NCBI RefSeq assembly: GCF_009914755.1 | Contig: NC_060925.1 | Strand: one strand, 5' to 3' | Length of the DNA: 64,000 bases | Source of the DNA: the human T2T-CHM13v2.0 reference genome, Homo sapiens | Shown here: positions 34,060 to 47,426 of the stretch, piece by piece | Layout: every line of letters begins with the position of its first letter | How positions within the stretch are numbered: the stretch's first letter is position 1 | The notes under the pieces: model-generated | The model's database searches: none | What the model was told of the DNA's origin: nothing | Seen by the model: only the letters and a program-made list of their open reading frames with translations | Program-made: the position numbers and the translations under genes

Positions 34060-36450
34060 ACTTTGATTGTCCCTCTCCATGAATGTTAAACTGTCTTTAT
34101 CTTTGTATTCTGGTAACACCTACCTCTGGACTTATATTTGTTTGCAAGAAAAATGAAATGTCTAATTAATTTAAGCCACTGTTTGGTCAGATTTTCTATT
34201 ACTTGCAGTCAAACCCAATCCTTAACGGATACAGAATTTGGATTAGAAGTCATTAATGCCCAACATTAACAGATCATTCTTCCCCACTTGAACTTCCAGA
34301 ACAAAGCAACTCTTCCCCCTAACCTCTGCAGTCTACTGTTGCTTGACATAATTAAACTGTCCTTTTGTGTAAATAAAAGCACATTCTCATTCTCCTCAAA
34401 AGAAGATTCCCAAAGTCTCAGCTACTGTACCCATTTCCAAGTCCAGATGTCTAGATGTAGTTCTGTTGTAATTCTGCTGCAAACCTGTCTTTATATTTTG
34501 TAACCTATGCACTTGTGATATCTCAGTGGGTTCATCTTTCCCATTGCTCAGAAAAGCCAATGCACTGAGAAAAGCAGCTGTTTTTTTTTTTTATTTGTTT
34601 GTTTTTGGCAGCAAATAGAGTTTAATTAACACAGGGGTAGCCAAGTGGGAGATGGAGCTTAGTACTCAAATCAGCCTCCCTAAGAACACAGAGGCCAGGG
34701 TTTTTATGGATAATTTGGTGGGCAGGGGACTAAGGAATGGGTGCTACTGATTGGTTGGGGATAAAATCATGTGTGTGAAAAATGGTCCTTGTGCTTTGAG
34801 TGAGGCTCTGGATGGGGGCCACAGGACCAGCTGAGTCATGAGTCATGGGCCTGGGAGGAGTCAGTTGGTTGCCAGAATGCAAAAGTCTGGAAAACATCTC
34901 AGATGACCAATCTCAGATTCTACAATAGTGATATTATCCATAGGAGCAATTGGGGAAGTTACTAATCTTGTTAGCTTTGATGCAGTAAATGATTATGGAA
35001 AGTCAAGCTATACCCATAGCTTAGCAGAATTCAGGCCAGTTCCATAATCTTAATCTTGTGGGCTTTCTTCAGTCTTACAGAAGCAGTTTCAGTCTCTGAA
35101 AAAGGAGGGGGTCAGTTTTATGGAGGGACTATTATTATCCTTGATTCAAAGTTAAACCATAAACTAAATTCCTCCCATGGTTAGCTTGGCTTATGCCCAA
35201 GAATGAGCCAGGACAGCTAGCCTATAAGGCTAAAAGCAGGATGGATTCAGCGATGCTAGAGTTCTCTCACTATCACAATCTTTACAAAGGTAGTTTCACA
35301 CTAAACTTTAAAGTTCACTGCCTTTATCTTATAAAAATAGGAAAAGGAAGAGAGAAATAAAGGAAAATTAGTTATCACATATGAATGTATGTTAAAATTA
35401 GTTGGCATATATTGATACAAATTTATGGATAGCTACTTCAGGTGTCTTTCTGTGACTAGTCCTAAAACTATAAATAGTATTTATAACTTTGTTGCTCAAG
35501 TTCCATTTACCCTTAGACAACATCTAAACTGGTCAGCTTTCTTTTCTTTGTGGAGTGACCCGCATCTTCATTTGTGGGACACCTGAGCCCTTGTTGGTAC
35601 TACTTCTAGGAGGATGTTGTAGTTTTCTATGAGACTCTACCACTGGACATGATGGTACGAGGAAATGTTCCAGAAGTCTCAGGAATTCCATTTTTATTTT
35701 CATGTGCCCAAGTAGTATATCAGAAACCCTATTTTCTGCTGCTAACCAAGACCAGAAAACCCAGTCCACATTGTAGTCCCATTTTGTAGCCTATTTTTCT
35801 AGTGGTTTGAGTAGCCCCATATAGTCTAGTGTCAATGTCAATATTAAGTTTAATGGGATCACTGATATGTTCTATGTAGTTATTTTTTCTATGCCTACCA
35901 TTATCTCTAAACTCATAGAGCTCAGAGTCATGGACATGAGAAGCAGAACTTGGCAAATAGACTAGAGGTATAGTAACAGATGCCACTCACACTACCATCC
36001 TTTTTCAGAAACAAATTACTGTATTTGTCAGTGTTCCTAGTTGCAAACAATGAAATCCACTCTAGCTAGTTAAGTAGAAAGGGATTTTAAAAACTAGGTA
36101 ACTCACAGTATCTCCAGGACAACTAGGAACCAGGGCTGGGTTCTACCATCATCCAGGAATAATCCCAATTATGTTGTATGAGCATCCTGGTGAAACCTCA
36201 ACAATAATCATTGCTTGTGTCATGACAATGATCACGGTAGAGACTAGATGGCAGATACCCAACACACCTGACTCAGAAGAACCAGGTGCTTACATTATCA
36301 TGGTGACTAGATGACTGAGTTTTTTGCACATGACTTCTGCTTCATTTTTCTCCCTTCCACATCCAAGTCTTGAATGCATGCACATTATTGGCAGAATCTA
36401 TGTTACTTGTCTGAATCTATATTGCAATGCTGTGGAAAATCATAGTTTTA
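34060..36450. mobile_element. Old MaLR (MLT1 LTR and internal) remnants hosting an LTR8-like insertion
   Basis: MLT1 3' end (ttaagccactg...acttgcagtcaaacccaatccttaacggataca) followed by internal-type sequence. Boundaries approximate. Confidence 0.5.
34514..35298 (-). mobile_element. LTR8A/B-like (MER4-group ERV1) solo LTR
   Basis: The minus strand starts TGAAACTACCTTTGTAAAGATTGTGATAGTGAGAG; 785 bp; TSD CACT on both sides. Confidence 0.87.
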
Positions 36451-36469
36451 AAAAATATTTTTGATTATT

Positions 36470-36830
36470 TGATATGGTTTGGCTTTGTGCCACCACCCAA
36501 ATCTTATCTTGAATTGTAATCCCCAGGTGTTGAAGGAGGCACCTGGTGGGAGCTGATTGGATCATGGGGGCAGTTTCCCCCATGTTGTTCTTGTGACAGT
36601 GAGTGAATTATCGAAGAGATCTGTTGGTTTTATAATGGGCTCTTCCCTCTTTGCTCTCGCTGTCTTGTCTGCCACCATGTAAGACATGCCTGCTTCCTTT
36701 TCTGCCATGACTGTAATTTTCCTGAGGCCTCCCCAACCATGTGAAACTGTGAGCCAATTAAATCTCTTTTCTTTATAAATTACCCAATGTTGGGCAATTC
36801 TTTATAGCAGTGTGAAAACGGACTAATACA
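36470..36830 (+). mobile_element. THE1 (THE1D-like) solo LTR
   Basis: TGATATGGTTTGGCT...ggactaataCA with 5-bp TSD TTATT. Confidence 0.92.
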
Positions 36831-36964
36831 TTATTCTTCAGATTGAGAAGAATCACAATATGAAAACTATCAAAATGTAGAGATATTCTTTAATATCTGC
36901 ATGTCAGTCCCAAATAACATGGTCACTACAGGCTCATTTTGACAATGATACAGCCCTAAGGTTT

Positions 36965-37087
36965 TTAATTGTTTAATTTTTCATTGAGGTAAAATTCACT
37001 TAACATAAAATTAACCATTTAAAAACACAATTCAGCCACATTTAGTACATTTACATTGTCAGGCAACTGCCACATTTATCTAGTTTC
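36965..37087 (-). mobile_element. L1MB 3' end (left part; continues at 42965)
   Basis: The antisense L1M 3' UTR breaks at ATCTAGTTTC and resumes after the nested L1. Confidence 0.85.
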
Positions 37088-40000
37088 TATTCTTTAATTT
37101 TTTATTTTCAGTGGATTAATCTCAACAAGCTACAGATTTATTAAAAAGAAATGCAGATAGAGGGAAGCAGGTCACTGTAATTTATACATCAGCATTTTTT
37201 GTAAAAAACTTTTATTTTAAGTTCAGGGGTACCTGTGCAGGTTTATTATATAAGTAAGCTTGTGTCATGGGGGTTTGTTGCACAGATTATTTTATCACCC
37301 AGGTATTAAGCCTAGTGTCTATTAGTTATTTTTTCTGATCCTCTCCCTTGTCCCACTCTCCATCCTCCAATAAGCCCCAGTTTCTGTTGTTCCCCTCTAT
37401 GTGACCATGTGTTCTCATCATTTACCTCCCATTTATAAGTGAGAACATATGGTATTTGGTTCCCTGTTCCTGTGTTAGTTTTCTAAGGTTAATGGCCTGC
37501 AGCTCCATCCATTTCCCTGAGAAGGATATGATATTATTTTTATGGCTGCATAGTATTCCATGGTGTATATGTACCACATTTTCTTTATCCAGTCTACCAT
37601 TGATGAGCATTTAGGTTGATTCCATATCTTTGTTATTGTGAACAGTGCTGCAGTGAACATAATGCATTAATGTGTCTTTATGATAGAATGATTTATATTC
37701 CCTTGTGTATATACCCAGTAATGGCATTGTTTTTAGGTCTTTGAGGTATCATCACACTGTCTTCCATGATGTTTTCCCATTTATTTATGTCATCTCTGAT
37801 TTTTTTGGACAGTGTTGTATAGTTTTCCTTGTAGAGATCTTCCACTTCCCTGGTTAGCTCTATTCCTAGGTATTTTATTCTTTTTATGGCAATTGTGAAT
37901 GGGATTGCATTCCTGATTTGGCACTCAGCTTGACTGTTGTTGGTGTATAAGAATGCTAGTAATTTTTGTTTTAATACATTGATTTTGTATCCTGAGGCTT
38001 TGCTGAAGTTGTTTATTAGCTAAAGTATGGGGTTTTCTAGATACAGGATTATGTTGTTTGAAAACAGAGAGTTTGACTTCCTCTCTTCCTATTTGGATGC
38101 ACTTTATAATTTCTCTTGCCTGATTGCTCTGGACTTCCAATACTATGTTGAACAGGAATGGTGAGAGAGGGTGTTTTGTGTCAGTTTTCAATTATAATGC
38201 TTCCAGCTTTTGTCCATTCAGTATGATACTGACTGTGCATTTGTCATAGGTGATTCTTATTATTTTGAGGTATGTTCCTTTAAAACCTTGTTTATTGAGA
38301 GTTTTTAATACAAAGCGATGTTGAATTTTATAGAAAGCCTTTTCTGCATCAATTAAGATAATCATGTGGTTTGTGTCTTTAGTTCTGTTTATGTGATAAA
38401 TCACATTTATTGATTTGCATATGTTGAACCAACCTTGCATTCCAGGGATAAATCCTACTTGATTGTAGTGGATAAGATTTTTGATGTGCTGCTGGATTCA
38501 GTTGCCAGTAGTTTATTGAGGATTTTTGCATCAATATTGATCAAGAATATTGGCCTGAAGTTTCCTTTTTTTGTTGTTGTGTCTCTGCCAGGTTTTGGTA
38601 TCAGGATGATGGTGGCCTCATAGAATGAGTCCTTCCTCCTCAATTTTTGGAATAGTTTCAGTGGGAATGGTACCAGCTCTTGGTAGACTATTTATTACTA
38701 ATTCAATTTTGGAGCTCATTACTGGTCTGTTCAGGGATTCAGTTTCTTCCTGGCTCAGTCTTGAAAGGGTGTAAGTGTCCAAGAATTTATCCCTTTCTTC
38801 TAGATTTTCTAGCTTATGATCATAGAGGTATTTATAATATTCTCTAATAGTTATTTGTATTTCTATGGGGTCAGTTGTGATATCCCCATTGTCATTTCTA
38901 ATTTTTTTTTGCATCTTCTCTCTTTCTTTTTTATCAGTTTAGTTGGCGGTCTATATATATTATTAATTTTTTTAAAAAATCAACTAGTGTATTCATTGAT
39001 CTTTTGAATTTTTTTTATGTGTGTCTCAATCTCCTTCAGTTCAGTTCGGTTCAGTTCTTTCTTTTAAGACAGGGTCTCACTCTGTTGCTCAGGCTGGATT
39101 GCAGTGGTTCAATCTCAGCTGACTGCAACCTCTGCCTCCTGGGATCAGGCAATTCTTGTGCCCCAGCCTTCTGAGTAGGTGGGACTATAGGTGTGTGCCA
39201 CCACACCCAGCTAATTTTCGTATTTTCAGTAGAGATGAGGTTTTGCTGTATTGGCCAGGCCTGGTCTTGAATTCCTGGCCTCAAGTGATTCACCTGCTTT
39301 GGCCTCCCAAAGTAGTGGGACTACAGGCATGAGCCACCATGCCTAGCCAATTCAGTTCTGATTTCCTGTCTTCTGCCAGTTTCAGGGTTGGTTTTCTCTT
39401 GGTTCTCTATTTCTTTTAGTTGTGATCTGAGGTTGTTAGAGTGAGATCTTTCTAACTTTTTGATGTGGGCATTTAGTGCTATAAATTTCCCTCTTAAAAC
39501 TGCCTTAGCTGTGTCCCAGAGATTTTGGTATGTTGTATTTTTGATCTCATTAGTTTAAAAAAATCTTGATTCCTGCCTTAATTCTATTGTTTACCCAAAA
39601 GTCATTTAGGAGCAGGTTATTCAATTTCCATGTGATCGTATGGTTTTGAGCAAATTTCTTAGTCAGGATTTCTAATTTGATTGTGCTGTGGTCTGAGAGT
39701 GAATGTTATGATTTCAGGTCTTTTGCATTGCTGAAGACAGTTTTGTGTCTGATTATGTTATCAATTTTTGAATATGTGTCATGTGGTGATGATATGAATG
39801 TATATTCTGTTGTTTTTGGGTGGAGAGTTCTGTAGATGTCTACCAAGTTCATTTGATCCAGTGCTGAATTCAGGTCCTGAAAATCTTTGTTAATTTTCTG
39901 CCCTGATGAATTGTTTCATACTTTTAGTGGGGTGTTGGAGTCTCCCATTATTGTTGTGCCAGCCTAAGTCTCTTTGAAGGTCTCTAATAACTTGCTTTAT

Positions 40001-42964
40001 AAATCTGGGTGCTCCTGTTTTGGGTGCATATTTATTTAGGGTATTTAGATCTTCTTTTTGAATTGAACCCTTTACCATTATGTAATGCCCTTCTTTATCT
40101 TTTTTTTAATCTTTGTTGGTTTAAAATCTGTTTTGTCAGGTACTATGATTGCAACCCATGCTTTTTTCTGTTTTCCATTTGTTTGGTAGATTTTCCTCCA
40201 TCCTTTTATTTTGAGCCTATGGGTGTCATTGCATGTGAGATGGGTCTCTTAAAGACAGCATATCAATGGGTCTTGGTTCTTTATCCAGCTTGCCACTCTG
40301 TGCCTTTTAATTGGAGCATTTTGTTCATTTACATTCATGGTTAATATTGATATGTGTGGATTTTATCCTGTCATAATGATGTTAGCTGGTTATTAATCAG
40401 TCTTGTTTGTGTGGTCACATTACAGTCACTGGTCTTTGTACTTAAGTGTGTTTTTTTGTAGTGGCTTTCCATATTTAGTGTTTCTTTCAGGAACTCTTAT
40501 AAGGCAGGTCTGGTGGTAACAGATTGCCTCAGCATTTGCTTGTCTGTAGAGGGTCTTATTTCTCTTTCGCTCATAAAGCATAGTTTGGCTGGATATGAAA
40601 TTCTTGGTTGGAATTTCTTTTCTTTAAGAATGAATATTGGCACCCAATCTTTTCTGGTTTGTAGGGTTTCTGCTGAGAGGTCCACTGTTAATCTCACGGG
40701 CTTCCTTTTGTAGGTGACCTGATCTTTCTCTCTAGTTACCTTTAACATGTTTTTTTTTTTTTTTCCTTTCATTTCAACCTGGGAGAATCTGATGGTTATG
40801 TGTCTTGGGGATGATTTCTTGTGAAGTATATTACTAGGGTTATCTGCATCTCCTGAATATGAATGTTGGCCACTCTAGCTGGGTTGGGAAAGTTTTCATG
40901 AATGATATCCTAAAATATGTTTTTGAAGTTGCTTCCATTGTCCCCATCTCTTTCAGGGACACCAATGAGTCATAGATTTGGTCTCTTTACATAATCCCAT
41001 GTTTCCCAGAAGCTTTTCTTTCTTACTTTCTACTCTTTTCTCTCTTTGTGCTTCTGACTGCATTATTTTAAAAAGGCCAATCTTCAAGCTCTGAGATTCT
41101 TTCCTTCACTTGTTTTATTCTGCTATTAATGTTTGTGATTGCATTATGAAATTCTTGTGATGTGTTTTCAGCTCCATCAGGTTGGTTACATTCTTTTCTA
41201 TACTGGCTATTTTGTCTGTCAGCTCTGGAATAATTTTATTGTGATTCTTAGCTTCCTTGGTTTGGGTTTCAATGTACTTCTGCATCTCAGTGATCTTTCT
41301 TTCTATCCATATTCTGAATTCTGTTTCTGTCATTTCAGCCATCTCAGCTGGGTTCAGAACCTTTGTTGGAGAGGTGGTGCTGTCATTTGGAGGAAAAAAG
41401 ATACTCTTTTTCAGTTGTTAGGGTTATTGTGCTGGTTCTTTCTCATCTTTGAAGTTGCTGTCCTTTGGAATTTTTACATCCTATTTCATGACTTTGAGTG
41501 TTTGATTGTGGTATAAGATGGATTCAGCTATTGGGCTTTATTTCTTGAAGAGTTAGGGGGCCAAGGCTCAGCTCCCAACTCCTGGACTGTGTGCTTTAAC
41601 TCTGGAGAACTTGTATCAGGCCCCAACTTTGTTATATGGCTTCTTGAGGTTACAAATCCTCTGTGTTGCAGGGGCCGATGTACTCCTGGACCACTGGTCA
41701 GTTCACTCTGATGGGTGGTGTCAGCCAAAGTATTTTTTAGTGAGGTGACTGTGGGATTTGTCTTTGTTCACATGTACCAGTGGCACCAGCAGTGGCAGTG
41801 TGGTGGGGTGCATGCTGGTCAGCTGTGGCAGGGTGCTAGTGGGTGCCAGGGTGTCTGCCTATGTGTGGGCATTCACCAAAGTGGCAGAAGCAATGTGGCT
41901 CTGGGAGCTGGGGGCCCCTGCTGGCAACTGTGTGTTTGGTGGTGCTGGTGGTGGTGTTGGCACAGGGGCGGGGCTCTGGCAGGCACAGGTTTGTGTGTGT
42001 TCTCTGTGAGCCACAGGCAGGGGTGGTTGCTCTGGGCAGGGAAGGGTCCACTCTTCTCTGTGCCTAGTTTCATTCCCATGGCTGTGTTGGTGCAAGGGTA
42101 GGGTGCTGGCAGGGGTGAGGCTGTCTAGCTGTGTGCCCACCAAGGCTCTAACTGCAATGGTAGTTGGTAGGGGGAGGAGAGGTGGATTGCACTCCCATCA
42201 CAGCAGTGGTAGGACAGGGTGATGCATGCACAGACAGTACTGGAGGGGCAAGGAAGGCAAAACCCACCCATGCACATATGTGCCAACAAAGTAATGTGGG
42301 GGATTTCTGTGGGCCTGGGGGAAGCTGCAGTGTAGGGAGGGAGCAGGTGGGCTGGTGTGTGGCCATGGGGGCCGCCCCACTGGAGCTCTCCACCAGTCAG
42401 GCACAGTCTGCCAGTGCAGAAGCTATGATGTAGATCCCCACAGCACCCAAGGCTGCTCTGCAAGCAGGTACAGCCAGGTTGTGGACCTGGAAGAGGCCAG
42501 CAGGCCAAGGGGTGCTCAGGTTGGACTGACTCAGTCTGATAGGCAAGACTGCCTTGCAGAGTCCAGGTCCGACAGTTCCTCTAAGGCTAATGTTTCCTAT
42601 GGGAGCAAGCTGAGCCTTGAAGGATGGCTGTGCCTGGCCATGCTCTGCTACAAATGCTCCCGCAACAAACCCTCTGGGCCCCACATCAGCTGGCTTGTTT
42701 CCCCTACTTCTCTAAGCAGCTTTCCCTGCCAACTCAAGTGTTGGTAATGGGCAAAAGTTCTCCTCCTGCTGGGTTTCCAGAGGGCTGTGGTGAGAACAGG
42801 TTACTCCTTGCCAGTTCAACTCACCTGTTCCCCTGGAGTCATTGTGTGCCAGGAATGAGTCCCAGTGTTCAGTAGCCCTGTGCAGGCTTCCTAGCTTCCA
42901 CCTGCTTCAGACCAGCTTCTGCACTGTCCCTCCGTCCACTCTTGGTGCCTTTCCTCTGAAGTTG
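37088..42964 (-). mobile_element. Older primate L1 (L1PA13-16/L1PB-like), near full length with internal deletions and a 3' transduction
   Basis: 3' UTR at 37209-37770, ORF2/ORF1 fragments (38192-38440, 39890-40078, 40497-40772, 41115-41342) and a long GC-rich 5' UTR to 42964. TSD ATCTAGTTTC at 37078-37087 and 42965-42974. Confidence 0.92.
39058..39348 (-). mobile_element. AluJ-like inside L1
   Basis: Diverged dimeric Alu; TTCAGTTC on both flanks. Confidence 0.92.
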
Positions 42965-43975
42965 ATCTAGTTTCAAAACATTTTTTTCACCCCCTCCCCA
43001 AAGAACTTCATTCTTATTAAGAAGTCACTTCCCATTTCTCCCCTTTTCACAGTTCCTGAAGAACCAATCTGCTTCTGTCTCTATGGATTTACCTATATTT
43101 CATATAAATGAAATGATACTCTATGTGGCCTTTTGCTTCTGGCTTTTTCACTTAATGTTTTTGAGGGTTTATTCATGTTGCAGCATGTATGATGACTATT
43201 CTTTTTTATGGCTGAATAATATTTCATTGTAAGTATATACTACAATTTGTTTATTCATCTGTCAACTGATAGACATTTGGAATATTTCCAGCTTTTGTGA
43301 ATAACCCTGCTATGAACATTGGTGTACAAATAACTGTTTTAATACTTTTGGGTATATACCTAGGAGTAGAATTGCTGGATCATATATTAATTCTATGTTT
43401 ACCTTTTTGGGGAACCACAACACTGCTATTCACAGTGTCTGGACTATTTTATGTTCCCACCAGCGATGTACAAAGATTCTAGTTTCTCCATATCTTCAAC
43501 AATCCCTGTTATTTTCTGATTATATTCATCCTTGTAGGTGTGAAGTGGAATTTGCATTTCCCTAATGACTAATGATGTGGAGTAGCTTTTAATGTGTTTA
43601 TTAGCCATTTATTGGTATATGTTCTTTGGAGAAATGTCTACTCATGTCTTTTGCCCATTTTTAAATTGGGTTGCTTGACTTTTGGTTGAATTGTAACAGT
43701 TCTTTACGCTCTGGATACTAGATCCTTATCATATACATATATATGAGAAGATAATAAGAGAAAATATATTTACTCTTATTCTGTAGGTTGTCTTCTCACT
43801 TTATCTATAATGTGCCTTGATGCCCGAATGCTTTTTACTTTTGATGAAGCCCAGTTTATCTTATTTTTCTTTCATTGCTAATGCTTTTGTGTCATATCTA
43901 AGATTCCATTGACAAATACAAGATAATAAATATTTGTTCTTATGTTTTCTTCTATGAGTTCAGGGTTCAGTTTTA
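42965..43975 (-). mobile_element. L1MB (right part)
   Basis: Continuation of the antisense L1M 3' UTR and ORF2 end. Confidence 0.85.
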
Positions 43976-44536
43976 AATTTTCCAGTAAAGATTTGCACTG
44001 GGTCTCTGTATTCAACCAAGGTTTTCCTTTGGTTAAATTCCTTAGTCCCTGGAACCCATGAATTGAGGAGCTTGGGGATTGGTGTTCAGAATGAAATTTA
44101 AGAAGATCATTTTCTGTTATTTCTAGCCATAACACTCTTTCCAATCTTCATTTTAGGATTTCAGTTATTGAGGAGAAAGTGAGGAAACTTAATGTTATAG
44201 AAAATTAAGACGAGGAAGAGGAAAAAAAAAGCAAGTAAATGATTTTACAGGGGTTTACAGTTAAAAAGCTGTAAAAAATGTGGTATAGAAGTCAAGTCAT
44301 AAAAAGAAAGCCAAAGAGTTCTTTTTCCCTTTATTTCTCCTACTTGATAGAATGATATATGTTCAATTCAAGAAAAAATTTTACCCAGTTGTCCTTGTAG
44401 GCTGGTTATAGCTTTGTCTGGAACATGAGACAGGCTCAGCAGCCTGTTGGAGGTTCAAGGAATTCACACTGTTTTACACATTTTTAATAACCAATTTATT
44501 CCTTAAGAGCAAGTTTTAGTCCCTTTGTTTCAATAC

Positions 44537-44752
44537 CTTCCCCTTCCCTCCTTCCTACTTTCTCTCTTTCTTTCTTTCTTCTCTTTCCCTTTCTTTCTTT
44601 TCTTTTCTTTCTTTCTTTCTTTTCTCTCTTTCCCTTTCTTTCTTTCTTTTTCTTTCTTTCTTTCTTCCTTTTTTCCTTTCTCCTTCCTTCCTTCCTTCCT
44701 TCCTTGCTTCTTCCCTTCCTTCTTCTCTTCCTTCTTTCCTTCCTTCCTTCCC
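44537..44752. repeat. CT-rich polypyrimidine low-complexity tract
   Basis: (CTTT/CCTT)n; about 215 bp that is almost purine-free. Confidence 0.95.
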
Positions 44753-45463
44753 TATGGGATGATAGTATTTAACACCAATTTAGACACAACAATGCTGTAT
44801 GGTTAGAGATTTGACCTTAATTATACCCAGAACTTTGAGAAGGATGATTCCCAAAGGAGCTGAGGCCCTGTTGAGTGTGGGAGTAGGAGTGAGCTAGTTT
44901 CTTTTTCTCTTAGAGCATATTGTTACAGAAATTGCAGTCTAGGGAAATATTTAGCTTTAAAGATAATTTAGAAACCTGTAATTAGTGACAATTCCAGATA
45001 AAACCTTGACATGGTATACTGAGGGAGATTAGATATGACAAGTAGAAGATAGTAGGTGTTGGTATATTCAAACATACCCATGAACATAGGTGTTGGTATG
45101 TTCAAACAGATCCATTTCCTCTGACAGGATCATTTAGTCTGTTAAAAATAAACATGAATGTAGCTAGATGGTCACTTTCCTTCCTTTTTCCCTTTGATTT
45201 TGGAAGTTGTACATGCTCATTGTATTATATTCTGAAAACTCAGAAAAGAATAAAAAGTAAACACACTCATCAATAATCTCTCCTCATTCAGTGATAATTA
45301 CTATTATCATCCATTTTTGTGTATTATTTTCTTTAATCATTTTCCAAAGTAAAAGGAATAATATAAAACATATTAATACACTGTTCTTTTTCACATATAC
45401 TTAAGTGTGATTTGCCCAAGATTCAGCCAAACACATTATTTGCCAACAAGAAAATGAAGGTTC

Positions 45464-46043
45464 TGTCGAGGCTCAGAAAATGGTACCCTAAAGTATGTCA
45501 CTTTGTCATGCTGAGCACTTAGAATTAAAGGAAATTGGAAGGACTTAGAAGCTGCCTCAGAATCAAGGTCTCTCTGATCTTACCTTGTATCTCCCCATAG
45601 AGAGAGGGGAGGAACTCTTTCTGAAATTCCTTTATCTGACTGGGGGACGTTCTTCCACAAGAAACACAATTGTCTTCAATCCCCTGTCTGAAATTTCACT
45701 AACTAGGGAAGCTTAACCACTGAAGAAGAAACTAAAGGTCACCCTGCCTGCCTAGACAGACTTTTCATCTATTCTTCTGGGAGCTATTACCTGAGAGACT
45801 TTATCTGCAAAATAAAACAACCTCTGTTCACTGTGCAGTTCTGCCCCTCACCTGCCTATAACTTGCCATCACTTCCCTTGGAGCCCTCAGGAACTTTAGC
45901 CCAGGCTATTGTCTGTTCTTCATCCTACAAGCTTGGATATTAATATATTTGTATGCCGTTTCTCCTGTTAATCTGTCTTTGGTCAGTTTATTTCCGCAGA
46001 TTCAATGATTGAAACTTCAGAGAGAAAGTTTAAACTTCCCTAT
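45464..46043 (+). mobile_element. MER39/MER34-like ERV1 LTR
   Basis: TGtcgaggctcagaaaatggtaccctaaagtatgtcactttg...tctcctgttaatctgtct...cttccctata. Confidence 0.75.
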
Positions 46044-46550
46044 AGTTCTTTTAGCAGAGAGGCACAGATACTTTCAACTTTCAATACAGGATCTTGAAGT
46101 CCATGGTAAGACAGTCATAAAAGCCAGGCTTTGTCAAGGCAGAAAAGAATTTTCAAAATTCAACAACTTTCCTCTTACATGCCAAGAGGAGTTTAGCAGT
46201 TTGATCAAAGAGTTTTACTACAAACCATGCAGAGAACGAAAAATCAGAATATAAAATATGGAAAGTGCCTGCCCTGGGAGGGAACAAGGGGAGAGTTGGA
46301 GGGGGAGAAGGGAGACAGGAGAAATAGAAGGGGAGTTGGGTAAAGGCTAGAGTGAGACTACTGTGTTTGATTTCTTGTCTCCCCTACTCCATTCCCTCCT
46401 GTTTCTGGTCATCAGTCCAACAGTGTGGTCATGGAGTGAGGACTGGCAAGATAAAAATAAATCTGATAGACACCCCAGAGAGCTTGAGAGGTTTATTCTT
46501 CCTCACTGTGATCAGAATGGTGCAGGCTGAGGCGAGTAGAAAGTGGGCTT

Positions 46551-47000
46551 TGGTATTTCTAGTTCTAGACCCTGGAGGAATCGCCACTGTTTTCCACAAT
46601 GGTTGAACTAATTTACACTCCCACCAACAGTGTAAAAGCGTTCTTATTTCTTCACATCCTCTCCAGCATCTGTTGTTTCCTGACTTTTTAATGATCGCCA
46701 TTCTCACTGGCATGAGATGGTTTCTCATTGTGATTTTGATTTGCATTTCTCTAATGACAAGTGATGATAAGCATTTTTTCTTAAGTATGTTGACTGAATA
46801 AATGTCTTCTTTTGAGAAGTGTCTGTTCATATCCTTCACCCATTTTTTGATGGGGTTGTTTGTCTTTTTCTTGTAAATTTGTTTAAGTTCTTTGTAGATT
46901 CTGGATATTAGCCCTTTATTAGATGGATAGATTGCAAAATTTTTCTCTCAATCTGTAGGTTGCCTGTTCACTCTGCTGATAGTTTCTTTTGCCTTGCAGA
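46551..47000 (-). mobile_element. L1PA inverted 5' segment (twin-priming type)
   Basis: Antisense ORF2 C-terminus (ORF 46429-46839, ...[27 protein letters not shown]) abutting a sense 3' segment. Confidence 0.9.
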
Positions 47001-47138
47001 CTAGATAAAAAAAATGTGGCACATATGCACCATGGAATACTATGCAGCCATAAAAAAGGATGAGTTCATGTCCTTTGCAGGGACATGGATGAAACTGCAA
47101 ACCATCATTCTCAGCAAAGTAACACATGAAGAGAAAAC
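47001..47138 (+). mobile_element. L1PA 3' segment, broken
   Basis: aaaatgtggcacatatgcaccatggaatactatgcagcc...gagaaaac; stops abruptly. Confidence 0.9.
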
Positions 47139-47426
47139 AATTCCATTATTGCCTTATTTTGGGAAATGGCCACAGCCACCCTAGGTTTCAACAACCACCA
47201 CCCTGATCAGTCAGCAGCCATCAACATAAAGGCAAGACCCTACACCAGCAAAAAAAAAAATGACTCCCTGAAGGCTCAGATGATCATTAGTATATTTTAG
47301 CAGTAAAATATTTTAATTAAAGTACATACATTTTTTAGACATAATACTACTACAAACTTCATAGACTATAATATATAGTGTAAACTTAAATTTTATATGC
47401 ACTAAGAAATGAAAAAGTTGTGTGTG
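47139..47426 (+). mobile_element. Tigger1 3' fragment
   Basis: Homologous in reverse complement to 17880-18140 of the full Tigger1 (cagtcagcagccatcaacat...gaaggctcagatgatc). Confidence 0.88.

Noticed and set aside
41500-42960. Dense overlapping GC-rich ORFs
   Set aside because: They lie in the long 5' UTR of the old L1. They are open because of GC content and show no recognisable protein.
46270-46291. 21-22 bp match to LTR1 31028-31049 (TGCCCTGGGAGGG(G)AACAAGGG)
   Set aside because: An isolated short G-rich match with no flanking homology; cannot be distinguished from chance.
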